Part shown: positions 1 to 12,817 of the stretch, one piece after another
How the letters are laid out: the number at the start of each line of letters is the position of its first letter
How positions within the stretch are numbered: position 1 is the first letter of the stretch
From: Polymyxa betae A26-41
Lineage: Eukaryota; Protista; Endomyxa: Phytomyxea
Assembly (NCBI GenBank): GCA_003693705.1
Contig: RBZT01000125.1
Span: forward strand, 186,001-250,000
Length of the DNA stretch: 64,000 nucleotides
Direction of reading: 5' to 3'
The notes under the pieces: generated by a model
Seen by the model: only the letters and a program-made list of their open reading frames with translations
The model's database searches: none
Told to the model about the DNA's origin: nothing
Made by a program: the position numbers and the translations under genes

Positions 1-2404
1 TACATGGAGTCCAGCTGGAAGCAGACTGATCACCAGAGAGGATTCCTTGATGAGTTTCTCTATACTACCTGTTTGACATTATAACTTTATCTGGCCCCTT
101 GCAATAAGGTTATCGTACTGATGTCTCTGCCGTCTATCTGAACGATGTCGACATTGCCTCCTGCCTTTTGAACCAGCGACCTAGCTTGATTTTCATCATC
201 GCTAGCAACCATCAATGAAACATCAGTTCTGGCACTCAGCAATTCTACAACAGGACCGGCAACAAATCTATATCAAATTTTAGGCGTTTCTGGTTCTGAA
301 AGACGAATACAATAACCCCGATCCTAATAACAGAACACGATTCTTTCTCGATGGTGCGGGTTGGTGCGATTTCGGCATCGAAGTTGCTCCAGATAATGAT
401 CGATATGATAAGATGTTTGCGATACCTTCAGCTGCTTTCGTAGATGTAACCAAATGAGTTATATCATTTGTGATTGCCTAAGTTATCATCAGTTAAAGGA
501 AAATCGAAATTGTTTGTTACATTTAATTCGACGTCAGAGCCCGCCACGATGTCGATTACTGCATGACTCTTTCGTTTATTTCGCGGAAGATTCACTTCCA
601 CGTTCAAATGCTGAAGCGTGAAGTGACCACCCTTCGCTTCAATAGTGTCCAGAACTTTGTTTATCAGCCCGGTGTCGAAAAGATGGCCATCGATTGTCAT
701 TGTCGCAGCATGGTTTCCATCAACTGCTGGTGTCGATCTCTGCGAGCACAAAGTTTTAATGGTCACAGTCGTCTTCATGTTGAATTAACCTTCATCGAGC
801 CCCTCAAACTGGTGATGTACTCAAAATCAGGGCGAAGCTTCCCATTGGAGGCGATGCAGGCTTGTAGAATCGGCTTTGGCAGAGATTCTGGGAACGGATC
901 CGATGCGTTAAACCTTGAGAGTTCTTCAGCGAATCCAACCAATGCCTACATGATTTGAAAACAACCGGTACAGAATCTGAGGCAGTTTTAGTACCTGGCT
1001 GAAATGTTGAGAAGACTCACGAGGCAGTTCTGCAGGCAGATTGTCTACAGCAAGAACTGTGATGCCCTTCTCTGATACACCGTCTTCAGCAGAATTATAG
1101 GCAGGATTAAAGGTAAAAAACGGGGACGCTATATTTGTGCTTCGAGATAGAAACTGAATGGAACCTGTTTTAAATTCAGAAAATCGGTTTAATGCCAATA
1201 GCACTGGCGAACCGTTGATGTCGCACGATATGTCTCCTATTGCATAGAGATTTGGTAGCGTTTTAGATTGTTCTGTGGTCAAGATCCTTGGAAAACGATG
1301 ATCCCAATAAACCCCGTTAACAATGACCTAAATCGTAAATGAATCTCGGCGAGAGGCTTCAGCGAACTGTACGTTGGTATAAGGAAGCAGCGTCTTATGA
1401 AGGACTGGCTCATACTGATCAGGACAAGCATAATAATGCTCTCGGGAGAATGTCCTTCCACTCTCTAATGGTTTCACCAAATCTGCTGTTCTCACCTGAA
1501 TTCACAAACTCAAAATTCTTTTCGCCAATAGAGAAATCTTTAGGATTACCTGAACCCCATACACTTTGCTGTGGGTTGTCGAATTGGCATTTTGCTCTTT
1601 TTTTAGCTCGATGGCATCATCAACAGACAGCATCTCGTGTGGGAGTAGATTAAAGATCTCCAAAGCTCCCTTTGTGACATTTCCACTTCCAGTAAACGCA
1701 AACAGCAGCGGAGATAGCCGGTCTGGCAGCCCGATCCTCCTAATCTCTTTCCCGACTCTCTCCAAGTTCTCCATGGCGTCACCTAAGGAGGCCTGCATAT
1801 AGGATGAAGGAACTGCCACAAATGGGGTGCTAAATCCCATCGACAGAAACTTTTCTCCAAGTCCTCGCAACAGGTCTATCATCCCAGCATTTCCTGCATA
1901 ACGCCCTGTGGAATTTTGTGTATCGGTCCATCCCAATTTTGTTAAACCGGACGGCACATACCAAAGGCGACGAGCCGGCCTTGACGATTCCGGATGCATT
2001 CATAATCAAAGAGCCTGACGCCTTTCTTCAAACACGCATCGAGAAATGGCATGTTTTCTTCTTGCGCCTTGATGACATGAGAGAAAATAACATAGCTGCG
2101 ATTGGGAATGAGATTGGATTCTGGGAATTCTTTCACACCGAATATTGTCGCAGCTGGCGACAAATTTTCGGTCAGGATCGCTCCACTTTGCTTATATTCG
2201 ATATCTTTGAAAATCCTGCGTTCGGAGGGCTGAATTAAGACCTTTATCCCTTTATCAACAAGGACCTTGACATGCTGTGGTGTTAATGGGACGCGCCTCT
2301 CCCTGGCACACACCATTAACATAGGCCATGGGCAAAGTCGCCAGCTTCAACCATTTGTTTTTTACTTCTCTGAGGATGCCGATACACCGGCCTAGACTTG
2401 GCAT
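1..2404 (-). CDS. AASS: Bifunctional lysine-ketoglutarate reductase/saccharopine dehydrogenase (alpha-aminoadipic semialdehyde synthase); multi-exon, 3' part runs off the left edge
   Basis: Exons give IGILREVKNKW-ERRVPLTP, FSHVIKAQEENMPFLD, FGRYAGNAGMIDLLRGLG, FTGSGNVTKGA, AIGDISCDINGSIQF, AVDNLPAELPRESSQHFS, the GHLFD interdomain and the start of SDH (LLLGSGFVAGP). ATG at 2404. Confidence 0.95.
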
Positions 2405-2550
2405 GGCTACAATGTGAATATCACTTCTGTTATAAAGTGTGACAAGTACCAATGCTGTATAAGCTCATGAGCTGCACGCACTTGACTTTCGTTAAGTGGT
2501 TCGGTGTCCTTTACAGTTTACATTGAATCAGTTCTCAGAGTTTTCATCTT

Positions 2551-4898
2551 TCAACCGTCAGGTTTGGACTGTTGGAAACTAGACTTGACAGACAACCCCG
2601 AAGCTCGCCTAGAGATTCCTGAGGCTGCCAGACTTTGCAGACCACGTTGTGAAAATTGCTATCTAAGAAGGCTGGGTGAAAGACCTACTGTTTCTGTTCT
2701 GCTGGATAAATCTCGTTTCTGACTTTATTTCTCACAAGGCGTTATCGTAATCCTGACTCCAAATTTAACCATTAGACTTTTCGATAAATTTCATTTTTTC
2801 TAGCTTCCACAATAACAAGATAAAGCTGCTGATTCCTATATCTGATCATTAATCGGTGTTTTCCGACTGGGTTTAGCCTTTGTTCAGTTCGCTGTCGAAG
2901 AAATGGATTACTAGAGAGTGTTTCATGCTTATTTTCGTTTGCTGGCCTGGACGCTGCTCTCACATTGATGCATCTTGGGCAAGTATTCATCAACGACGGC
3001 AGCGATTAGTAGCACTGGCTGGCATCAAGGTGAATAGTGGATTCCAGTTTCGGAAAGCTACAGACGAGCACTGAGGACGCCAGTCGTTTATGATGAAACT
3101 TAGCTTGGCAACGGAAAGATGTTGGGACTTTATCAGCGAAATGTCCAGCTTAATTCGTTTCATAGAGAGCCGACGCCTGGCGGATACCGACCGGAGAAAG
3201 CAATCATCAGACAGTCTCCTTTCTGAACACCAAGAATCGTTATATTGATCAGGGGCAAGAATCCATCTCAGTACAGAATTCAGCGTTCGAAACCAAGATG
3301 ATCCGATCGTTGATCTCAAAGTTTCATTAGTAAACGTTATCGCAGAGCTATGAAGAGCTCGATGTGATTACAGATCAAGAGCGTTTTCTTCTAACAGATC
3401 CATGTCAATCTCAGGAAGCTGAACAGTTTGCGAGCACACGCTGGGTGTCGATTGAAGATGGAGGAGATTGGGAGCGCTGGCCTGCCTGGGCTGTATTGCC
3501 GGCGTGATCTTCTGACTTGGAAATTGCCCCGGACAAGTAATCGGCCATGAAGAAGAGGGATTGGGCGATTCAACAGCTGTAGCAATTCCATTAGATCCTG
3601 TGGCCGGAGATGTGGTTCTGGAATCGAAACCGAAAGTCTCGGAAGCCAGTGAACTGACACTTTGCGATCGCAGTTCCTTCTTACTCTGCAAACGCTGACC
3701 GAATGGAGGAGAGAGCCCCCTAGGGCAATATGTCGACTCCGTTGAACCGGTTCGAGGGAGCGTCGGTTGGTAGCAACCGAAGGTATCTTTCGTGTTCCGA
3801 ACCGCAAATTGAGGACTTAAGAATGGCTTTGTTTGTGAGGACTTGCTGCTTTCTCGCTCCATGGGATGATCAGTTTTCTGTCGTACCAATCTTTCGTTTT
3901 CAAATTGGGAGCAGTCAGATCTGGGTCTCGGCAGACGAGAATCATCTCCATCTCTTGGAGAAACTGCAACAGGATTGACACTGTTCAAACAGCCTTTTCT
4001 ATGAGCAGATTCGGGAAAGACTTGTTCGATGTTCGCAGGGCAAATGTTCAAAAAGTGATTCGAAGAATTTGGCGAGAAAATGGAAACATTTTTCAACTAA
4101 AGGCCCAAGTTCAATCTCGTTTGCTGAACTTGACGAATAAAGCTAAATACCACAAGGACAGCTCCAATCTCGATAAGCCCACGTTGCTGTTCCATCACTT
4201 TCCGATGAATGGTGCCTTGCATGAAACCGGAATCGTCCTGTTGAAATATGCTGTGAACTGGATCTATAACTTTAAGGGGTGCTCCTTACACGAAATGATG
4301 CATAAGCGTCGTATATAGATTCCAGACAGACGATAGAAACCGCCAATCGAGGGACTTTTCCTGCAGATCCAGACTTGGACAGCTCGGCCAATAACTGCAT
4401 GGTTATGACTAACGAACACAGATTATTTGCTTCAACCAACCTTAGTGGGAGGCACTTCCTCTGCCAGAGCAGCAATCATCGATCTCCAAGCGCCCGACTG
4501 TGAGAAATTACTTCCATCGCAGCCGTTGCCGTCAGCATCTTGATTATCATCAGAATGCTGGCTGGCGCTCAGCGTTTGCTGGGAATGAGAGGACTTCTCG
4601 CCAGGTAGGATATCACCTGAGTCGGCCTGGATCAGCGAAGGCCAGCGCCGACAATCGATCGGCTACCTGCTGGGCCCGGGATCCGGCCCTTGTTGTGGAT
4701 CTTGAGCATTTTAGAGAAGTGTCCATTGATGCAGGTTACTGGAAAACCCTAATCATTGCGTAAGAAGGGTTAGTCAATAGTCGTTCTTATAGTGATAAAG
4801 TATATGCTACCATGCATAGCAATGTGTTTGAAAGACATCGTTCGTCTATGTGTCGGATTTGGTGACGATGATCCAATAGCTGGATCTGCATGATCCAT
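2551..4898 (-). CDS. Hypothetical Ser/Pro-rich, largely disordered protein (multi-exon; ends approximate)
   Basis: ATG at 4898 (MDHADPAIGSSSPNP) joins by GT-AG introns to further exons and to the 242-aa ORF 3368-4096. No domain recognised. Confidence 0.5.
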
Positions 4899-6061
4899 GA
4901 GCTGCAGGAGGTTCTCTTCAGACCAGGTATTCTGAAATCCACGAAATCGGTCTCGGCAGGACTGTGTGAAAGTTGTCGCTGTACTGAGCCGTATCTCGTA
5001 TGCACATTACTGCTGCAAACATTTCTCCTGATAACAGAGAATGTATGTTGCGGATATGGATATGTCAAGACACGAAAAAAGATTAAAAACATGCTACCCA
5101 GAACTCGATCAGCAATTTTTCTGACAATCCGGAAAAAAAGTAGAAACATTCCTCAATAACGGAGCACGGTCAGGGTCTAATCGTTAAGGTTAGGTAGTGG
5201 TCTGAGCTTTATCAATCAGTAGATGAAATAAATAAGAAAAACTGGGCAAGCGATATTGGCTGATCGATCATATTTGTAAAAGGACTCTACTGGCGGTTAT
5301 TGTTTCAATAGGAACAATTAGCTACAAATGAGTATCATGAGACAATGAAACATAGCCAGACCAACAACACAGTAAGAATACACTAAGTCATTTTTAAGAA
5401 GGCAGAAAGGCATAGATGATGTTGAAGCTTTGGGTCATTATGTGTCGTTCCTTACTTGCACTTTCTGCAATCAAGTTATCTTTGCGACAATTGAGTAACG
5501 ATCGATATTTTGAATCTAAAGGTGGAAAACAAACGTGCTCGTTAGAAACTTCTTTTTTTCAATTAAGGTCAACGTTGGATTCAGTTTACTAGTAGTCAAC
5601 AATATTGTGAGGTATCTCTTGCAAACGTTTGTCACTGTAAATATAATTGAACAGTTGCAGCGACGCTCGATTCGAGATAACTGTTTAGTGGGCGAGAATG
5701 GCATTCAGCAGAAGTACATTTCGTTGAACTGGTCAGACTCTGTCTGATCTTGCATGTCAGGACATCGCTCTGAATAACCGATCCTCATCGTATCTGAAAT
5801 CTCGAAATCGCTGTCGAGTATCTAATAGCCGTTTAAACCAAATGATCATATACCAATCGAGAGTACTACCGGTAGTTGACAGATGTGTGGTTGCCTGGCG
5901 ACTCCTAGTAAGCCAAGCCTTAACAGAAAAGTAACGGGTGAAATATTGGACCGCACTGAACGCAGGAAGTCAAAGCTCCTGAAGACATTTATGCTTGACT
6001 ACATCAGGTCTTGCGCTTTGGAAATCGGGCCGCCTGTTGGCCAAGTTCAACAAACTAGTCG

Positions 6062-6091
6062 AATCCAATCTAATCCAATCCAATCCAAACC
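6062..6091. repeat. Short imperfect (AATCC)n pentanucleotide microsatellite
   Basis: aatccaatctaatccaatccaatccaaacc read directly. Confidence 0.8.
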
Positions 6092-6499
6092 AGCGGCGTT
6101 GACGAAGCAGGTGATCAACATGGTAGAAGTCATCGGGCTCAAATTTTGAAAGGAGCGGGAGCCGGTATAGCGTATCGACTGAAAAAGATCTGGGATCGTT
6201 ATAAGCCTTAGATAAAGACGTGATCTTCACGGTAGTTGAGGGAAACCAAACCGGCATCAGCTATATGTAACTCAAACTGTTTCTGTTTCGTCCTGAAAAT
6301 TCCCAGGGGATTACTTCGCTTTATTGTTAAAGAGTTTTTCAGTCGAAGACGGAAGTTCATTGGATCTTTAAATGGTGACAAGTTTCGTTAGAGCGTTAGA
6401 GTATGAGGAACAGGCCCAAACAGGGACAAAGGAAGCAAGAGCTACGAAGAAGGAGATCTGAGTTATTGATCCAAACTCGGCGTTGGTCAAACTGAGCTA

Positions 6500-7260
6500 T
6501 CCTCAGATGACCATGCAACAATACTTTATTGAAAATGCAGTTACAGAAACTAGAAACTGTGCAGTAGACCTGGTTCCATCGCGTTTTCGTAGCCACCATG
6601 CGTCGCATGACTTTCGCGAAGGCCCTGTAGGCGTATATGTCAAAATGCGATCCATGAGATTACAGCGGGTGGGAAGTCGCGGACTGTCAAATCGTGGATG
6701 AGTCTGTCGTATTGATCGTTCTTGGGGACTGTTTACACAGGATATGTGATGTCATGTTCAAAGGGAATTTCGTCCTTGCGCAGTGAAGTGTCCTCGGATT
6801 TGTTCCTTTCGAAGGGTCGCCAGCCACCTTGTGCGGTTTGGTCCTTGGGTCTCGGGCGAGTCCCAGTCGCTGGTCGTGTTTTTGAGGCCTTTGTAGCGGA
6901 TATCGTCGCCAAGCGATATTTCTCGGATGAACTGGTCGATCTCTGCGACAGAAACCGCCTTGCAGCAGAAAAGCATTATCCACTCGCTTCTGTATTGTCA
7001 TTACCCGAAAACAATTCAAACGACAGCTTTGATGTATTTTTATCCGCTTCCAAAGCCAGAGATCCCGGACTGATTTTTACTATGATGAGGTTTATGATTT
7101 CTTTGAATTCACCAAACGGCGTGCCACATCATGCACAGATATCGTTCATTGGTGGGGGCCAATTGGCAAAACCCGCTTCCCAAACATCAGTTTGCTGGCA
7201 CTTGGACATTCTGATGATCATGGGCTCGTCTTCCGTCTGAGTCTGCTTTTTCCGACTTCT
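6500..7260 (-). pseudogene. Possible decayed or unresolved minus-strand gene, product unknown
   Basis: One minus frame reads protein-like (EPMIIRMSKCQQTDVWEAGFANWPPPMNDICA*CGTPFGEFKEIINLIIVK...DQYDRLIHDLTVRDFPP) with scattered stops. The + ORF 6722-7240 looks like its antisense shadow. Confidence 0.3.
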
Positions 7261-7678
7261 TGCACGATGATGAAACTACGATCGTGGAATCGATTGTTTG
7301 CATCAACCTAAAATACAGATTTTTGTTTGACCAATTAACTAAATGCTTACCAGGAATTTGACCGGACCTAACCGGTTAACCGTTTTTTTTATTAAACCGT
7401 TTCGCTTTAAAGTTATTAACCTGTTCGGTGCCCATCCCTACTGATTGGCAGCTGCTACTTTGGCGGAGGCCGCACCGACCACTTTGGAGAGGTCAACTTT
7501 TCGGCTTTCGCAGTCTGCGGTTCTCTGTCGCTCGCATTTGTCTATTGGGGCCAATTGCGGCGAATGCGACTTGTGAAGGTGTTCAGTACAGCGTACCGCT
7601 GTGGGTGCTCCCTGAGATATAAATAGCCTCCGGGCCAAAAGTCACAATTTGAGTTGTTTATATCGATATTGTGCCACC

Positions 7679-8930
7679 ATGATCAAGAACGAGTTCACTG
7701 GGGTCCCGATCGTCAGCGTCCAAGCGCTGGTTACAGACACAGCCAGCAATAGCGAGAGGCAGATAGCCGCCGAGGCCATCGATTCGGCGTTTCGTAATGT
7801 CGGATTCATGTACATTTCTGATCATGGAATCGATGTGGAATTAGTCGATCGAGCTCGAGCACTGACGCGAGAGTTCTTCCTCCAGGATCAATCAACCAAA
7901 GATAAGATCGCAATGTAAGATACGGTCGCCTTATCTTCTAATGTTGATCTCTCATGATAATTAGTAATCAACAGAAAATTCCTGTTCGTGGCTATCAACG
8001 AGTTGGAGACAACGTCACTGGCGGACATGCTGATTGGCACGAAGCCATCGATTTCTATCGCGAGCTGCCTACCAATCACAAGCTTCGATCAACGGATGAC
8101 CCGATGCATTCCGAGAATCAATGGCCCGAGACACCGGCCGATTACACGCCTGTTCTTAGGATTTATATCCAGCGAATGCTTGAGCTTGGTGGAAAGATTA
8201 TGGAAGGCGTTGCCCGGGCTCTGGGCCTCCCCAACAACTATTTCGCCAAGTTCGTTCATAGCCATGCGTTGTGTCTCGGTTGCTGAACGTTCCTTCCAGG
8301 TTTTATAACGAATCCTATTGGGTTATGCGAACCATTGTAAGTTGGAATGTTGCTTTACTGTGTGATCATCTCAAAGCGGTCACAGTATTATCCATCAAAA
8401 GAATCTATCAAAGGGTTGAGCAATCCAGAAGATTTCGGTTGTGGAGTGCATACTGACTGTAATATCGTTTATTACGGGCTCTGCCTCTATCGCTGAAAGA
8501 ATTCTCCAGACGGCTGCCTGACGTTCATTAACTGTGACGATGTTCATGGAGCGCTGCAGGTTCAGAATCGCAAAGGTGAATGGGTGAATGCCGATCCCAT
8601 TCCCGGAACGTTCGTCGTCAACGTTGGCGACATGTTGAACAAGTGGACGAATGGCGAATATCGATCAACGCCCCATCGAGTGAACAGCGTCACAGGTTCA
8701 GACCGAGGTCAGCGTCCTCATCAATGGTATGACGAAACTTCTCTGAAATTCTTCAAGTCTCGATCGCCTTCTTCTTCGAGCCGAACTACGACGCCCGCGT
8801 AGTCCCGTTGAATAGCGCAGATCGTCAAGACGGCGTCGTTTTCGGCGACCACCTCTCCAAACGGGTCCTGAGCAATTTCAAGTACAGCCCGAATCTGGAA
8901 AGCTTTAATCTATCACGTCAGGTCGACTAA
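7679..8930 (+). CDS. 2-oxoglutarate/Fe(II)-dependent dioxygenase (isopenicillin N synthase-like, DIOX_N + 2OG-FeII_Oxy)
   Basis: AFRNVGFMYISDHGI, RGYQ..DWHEAID, NQWP, G-V-H-T-D (HxD), NVGDMLNKWTNGEYRSTPHRV, R-x-S and FFFEPNYDA. Stop TAA at 8928-8930. Confidence 0.93.
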
Positions 8931-9070
8931 GTCCTTCTCGATTGTTGCCTTGCTCGACCAGGTACGGAATAAATAGAGCGCGATTGTTCAATCTGTGACC
9001 AACCCAGACCGAGCCGAAAGTCCAGGGAACCAGCCTCATTTGGGGCCCGAAACGCTCTCGTTTAGTAGTA

Positions 9071-10123
9071 ATGGTCGTGACCAGCTGTTGGTATCCTGAG
9101 ACCGAGATTGGCTTCGCAGTTTCCCTGCCGAAGCGGCTGCGCAATTTCGCTGCCAGAGATCCGATGTGGGTTCCGACGTCTTTCGAACAATCCGAGCACA
9201 TCGATCGATTCGGTCAGGGCGCCCTTTCCCGTCAAAAATATATGCTGCCGCTTAGTAGTGCACCAGCCGGTCGTAGGGGAAAGCCCAAGATCCAGATTGT
9301 GTCACGACCGCGACCCCCGAAACCGGTTAAAGTCGTTCAGGCTGTCGCTCTAGATCAACAATTGCCTAAAGCTAGAAAGCAGCACAAACAGAAACGGAAT
9401 GTCAGCATCATGATGCCGATGTGCCAGATGTGGGCGAAATCGCCGACGCCTTTGGACCGGAAACACCTGGTTCCAGGTGCGGTGTCGGAATGGCTAATGA
9501 CGGGTCATCGCTGGTTCAAACCCCAGCTTGTCCATCAGACGTTATACAATATCGATGGCTGTTTCGAACCGGCCCTCGTATACGTTTATAATACGTGGAT
9601 GAATGCCCAGCAGCTGAAGATGATGTACGGAGACATCCTGGAGTTCATCTCCGACGTCTCCGATGATGTCTTCGGTATCGATCCAGATCGATATGTGAAG
9701 ATACGCCCAGAGCAGGTCATACAGTTGGACAACCCGTCGGGCTATCCAGTATTTATTCATCAGAACCCGATTGTGGATTCCAACAGGACATCGGAACCTG
9801 CCACGATCTCAGTCTACTCCGATACGAATGTGAAACCGAGCCAGCTGAAGATCGCCATGAATGATGCCGCCTACCAGCTTTGGGGATACAGCCAACAACA
9901 ATGGGAGAGGTATCAAGTCCACAATGTTGAAGAACCCGGAATCCAAGACAAGATGGTCCCGTTCTTCTTCTCGTTGTTCTCTCCGTCCACAATGTACACG
10001 ATCATTGCTTTGAACCTCGGCGTGTTCTATGTGAACTGCAAGTTCGCGACGTTTCAATGCAATATTCTTCGGAGAGATGGCAAAATTGTATGCGCGATCT
10101 GTGATGATTTTGACCGATTCTAA
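9071..10123 (+). CDS. Intronless 350-aa hypothetical protein with basic segment and a PAS-like motif
   Basis: Single long ORF with a Lys/Arg-rich segment (KARKQHKQKR). IAMNDAAYQLWGYSQQQW resembles the PAS N-xx-A-xx-L-x-GY motif. Confidence 0.7.
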   Translation: MVVTSCWYPETEIGFAVSLPKRLRNFAARDPMWVPTSFEQSEHIDRFGQGALSRQKYMLPLSSAPAGRRGKPKIQIVSRPRPPKPVKVVQAVALDQQLPKARKQHKQKRNVSIMMPMCQMWAKSPTPLDRKHLVPGAVSEWLMTGHRWFKPQLVHQTLYNIDGCFEPALVYVYNTWMNAQQLKMMYGDILEFISDVSDDVFGIDPDRYVKIRPEQVIQLDNPSGYPVFIHQNPIVDSNRTSEPATISVYSDTNVKPSQLKIAMNDAAYQLWGYSQQQWERYQVHNVEEPGIQDKMVPFFFSLFSPSTMYTIIALNLGVFYVNCKFATFQCNILRRDGKIVCAICDDFDRF

Positions 10124-10385
10124 CCTTCACTTACAGATTCCAATGAAATGTATATTTACGACCTATCTTCATTCCAAATTCCTTCATGTCAGTCAGTTTT
10201 CCTTCACTGATGTAAAGCCATCCGAACGTGAAAAAATCCACACCGTTCCCTCTCACGAAGTAAGTGATAACAGGGCGCTTCTTGACTTGGAACTTCCCGT
10301 CCTGGATAACTTTTTTCCATGATCTAATCCACAATCTTTTTATAAAGAGCTACTTGCAATACCTAAGACGAGCGCCTGGTTCATA

Positions 10386-12738
10386 TCATTTAGCAGCAGG
10401 TTTTGCGCGTTTACTGAGAAGCTTCTCTAGAGTCTTCATCGCCTTCGTGACTGATTCTTCCATCGCATCTAACCTAGCATTCAGGTTGCTTTTATCACCG
10501 TCAGCTGGTTTAACTCCTGTTAATCTTGAAAACACCTCAGGAGCCATCTAATTACCATTTAGCAACAAATTCAACCTGCTCAATGGCGAGACTGTTACCG
10601 TTTGTGTATTCACTATACTCAGATTGGTTGATGGCCTCGTTTTCCTCGCTTTCAGCAAAGACGACAGATCCCTTTCTGCCTTGTCCAGCAAAATCTTCGT
10701 GGCACCTTCGTAATTGCCCACCAGTCTATGTGAACATTAGACGTCTAGTGTAGTTCTGTGTACGCCGCCCGCTTTACCTGAACATGGATTGTGTGGCAAC
10801 TCGCAAGAGGACGGTTTCTCCAGTACTCCTTAGGCTATACGGCCAGATGTTCGTCAAAAACATTCCGATTTCTCCTAGAGATGTTCCATTAACGTAGGTC
10901 TGATAAACTATGTTGGCATTGCTTGACGACACAGCTGCAATACTGCCTGTAATGATCAAGTACCTATGAGACTGTTAAAATTTCCTGCCAGAATCCAGCC
11001 TTTGTGCTGCTACCAATAGTCTGTTGGGTATCCATAGGTTGCCACATATTGGCCAGGCCGAACTCGGATTGTCTCGCCTGCAGCTAGGACGTCAACCTTG
11101 GCGTCCTCATTGCTTAGCAGTTGAAGGAATGATGACGTTTCTAACGTCTGTAGGCGGAGATGTGAACATGACATGAACGCTGATTTCGTGACCGACATAC
11201 CGATTTATAGATGGTCTGAATAACCTCTGTCCTTAAAGATTTGCTCATATCACTCATCAATGGAGCCCAATCCATTCTGACTTGGCGGTCCTGTCTATAG
11301 AACGCCCCCATCTCCCGAACCACACAGGCTTGCAATTTCGGTGGCAAGCGCTTATCGCTGATCAAAGTGCTGACCTTGTGCATGTTCTCGCGATAAAGAG
11401 CGCTTTGGCTGTCAGCCGCTTGTAGAAGGGAACTAGCAGGCCCATGTCATTCATTGAACGATTTGGAGAAATGACCAGAGAAGCCCAAAACCCTAACCTG
11501 ACTGTAGCTGTAACATAGGAGAATACAGTAGCCCCTGTTGTCATAACAATAATACTCGCCAACATTTCTAAAGAGCTCTTAGCATGGATGTCTCCATACC
11601 CGACTGTTGTTAACGTCTGCCATCCCCAATCTAGATAATTGTTAATCATACCATGGATGCAGTTTGGAGCCTTCGTCTTACATAGCGAAGCAAGATACTG
11701 GTATTCTAAGGAGGTGTCGCTGATGCCGACGTTCCACGCTTGCTGGATCCAGGAGCCTTCACCTGAAAGCGAGCCGACTTTGTGCCATAAACAAGCGCTG
11801 AAGTGGCCGATAACAAGCATAGTGACGATCAGCTTTAGACAACGAACTGCACCCTGATGCACAAGCGGGCTGTATTCAAGATCGTAGAACAATTTCTGGA
11901 ATCGCCTTGTCCTCATAAGCTTTGCCAAGCGCAGCAAGCGAAATGTAAGACGAGGGATCTTCATAGTTTTACCAATTGCTGCAAATGTTGAGACATTGGA
12001 ATCAGGCAACACGGCTGTATAAGGAAATGACGACAGAAAATCAATAACCATCCAGCCCTTCGCATACGCAATCGCAATCTGTTTTAGGTCGGTTACGATT
12101 TCACCGTTGGGGCCATCGATAGCAGTAAAGAAAGTCATGACAAAATCGATCATGAACGAGATATCGACGATCATATCCAGTGGTCCATTATAATCAGTAT
12201 GGATATCGAATGCTTCCCGAACAGGTAATACACAGACAGTGTAGCCCAACAGAACGACCAAGAATAGCTCCCAAAAGCGTTTGAGAGGGTTATCTGGCAT
12301 CAAAATATACCATGGGGATTCTCTGAGCAGCTTCTTCTCCTCAACGGCCACTCTCAACGCCTCCGTGAATGTGTTCATGATTGTTTCGGCGGTGAAGTCG
12401 TCATTTCTTTTCTCTTCGACTTGCTTTTTTCCTTCTTGTAAAGCCAGCTGTCTGAATTTGCTCATAACCGGGGTGAGTTCAGACGAAGCCGTTGCTTCTG
12501 GGGGCTTTGCTGTTGCAGTGATGTTAGGCAGAGGGCGCTCGAGAGTTTCATCACTCGTAAAACTTTCGGTGACTTTTACAGCACTTTCGACAAGCTTATC
12601 GAACGATGTTCCGAGACTGCTTTGGCGCTCTCTCGTAGCATTCGATGTTGGATCAAGGGACGATAATTTTAGAGGCTTTGGGTTAGCGGCCGTTGTAACT
12701 TCATTCTGTTCATTGACGATTATAGCACCAGCCCACAT
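10386..12738 (-). CDS. Voltage-gated K+ channel with cyclic-nucleotide-binding homology domain (EAG/HCN/CNG superfamily), paralog 1
   Basis: S1-S6 segments, IAxAYAKGWMVIDFLSSFPY, S4 RLTFRLLRLAKLMR, pore TLTTVGYGD, C-linker and CNBD (PGQYVATYG, SLGEIG). Confidence 0.93.
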
Positions 12739-12817
12739 TGCTGGTAGATCATCGGTAGTGCGACAGTACCCGAGAAAAATCTATGCACTTTCATTGTATA
12801 TTTATTGTAAATATCTA

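Noticed and set aside
10131-10334. 67-aa minus ORF between convergent genes
   Set aside because: Short, with no recognisable motif, and it lies in the expected 3' UTR space.
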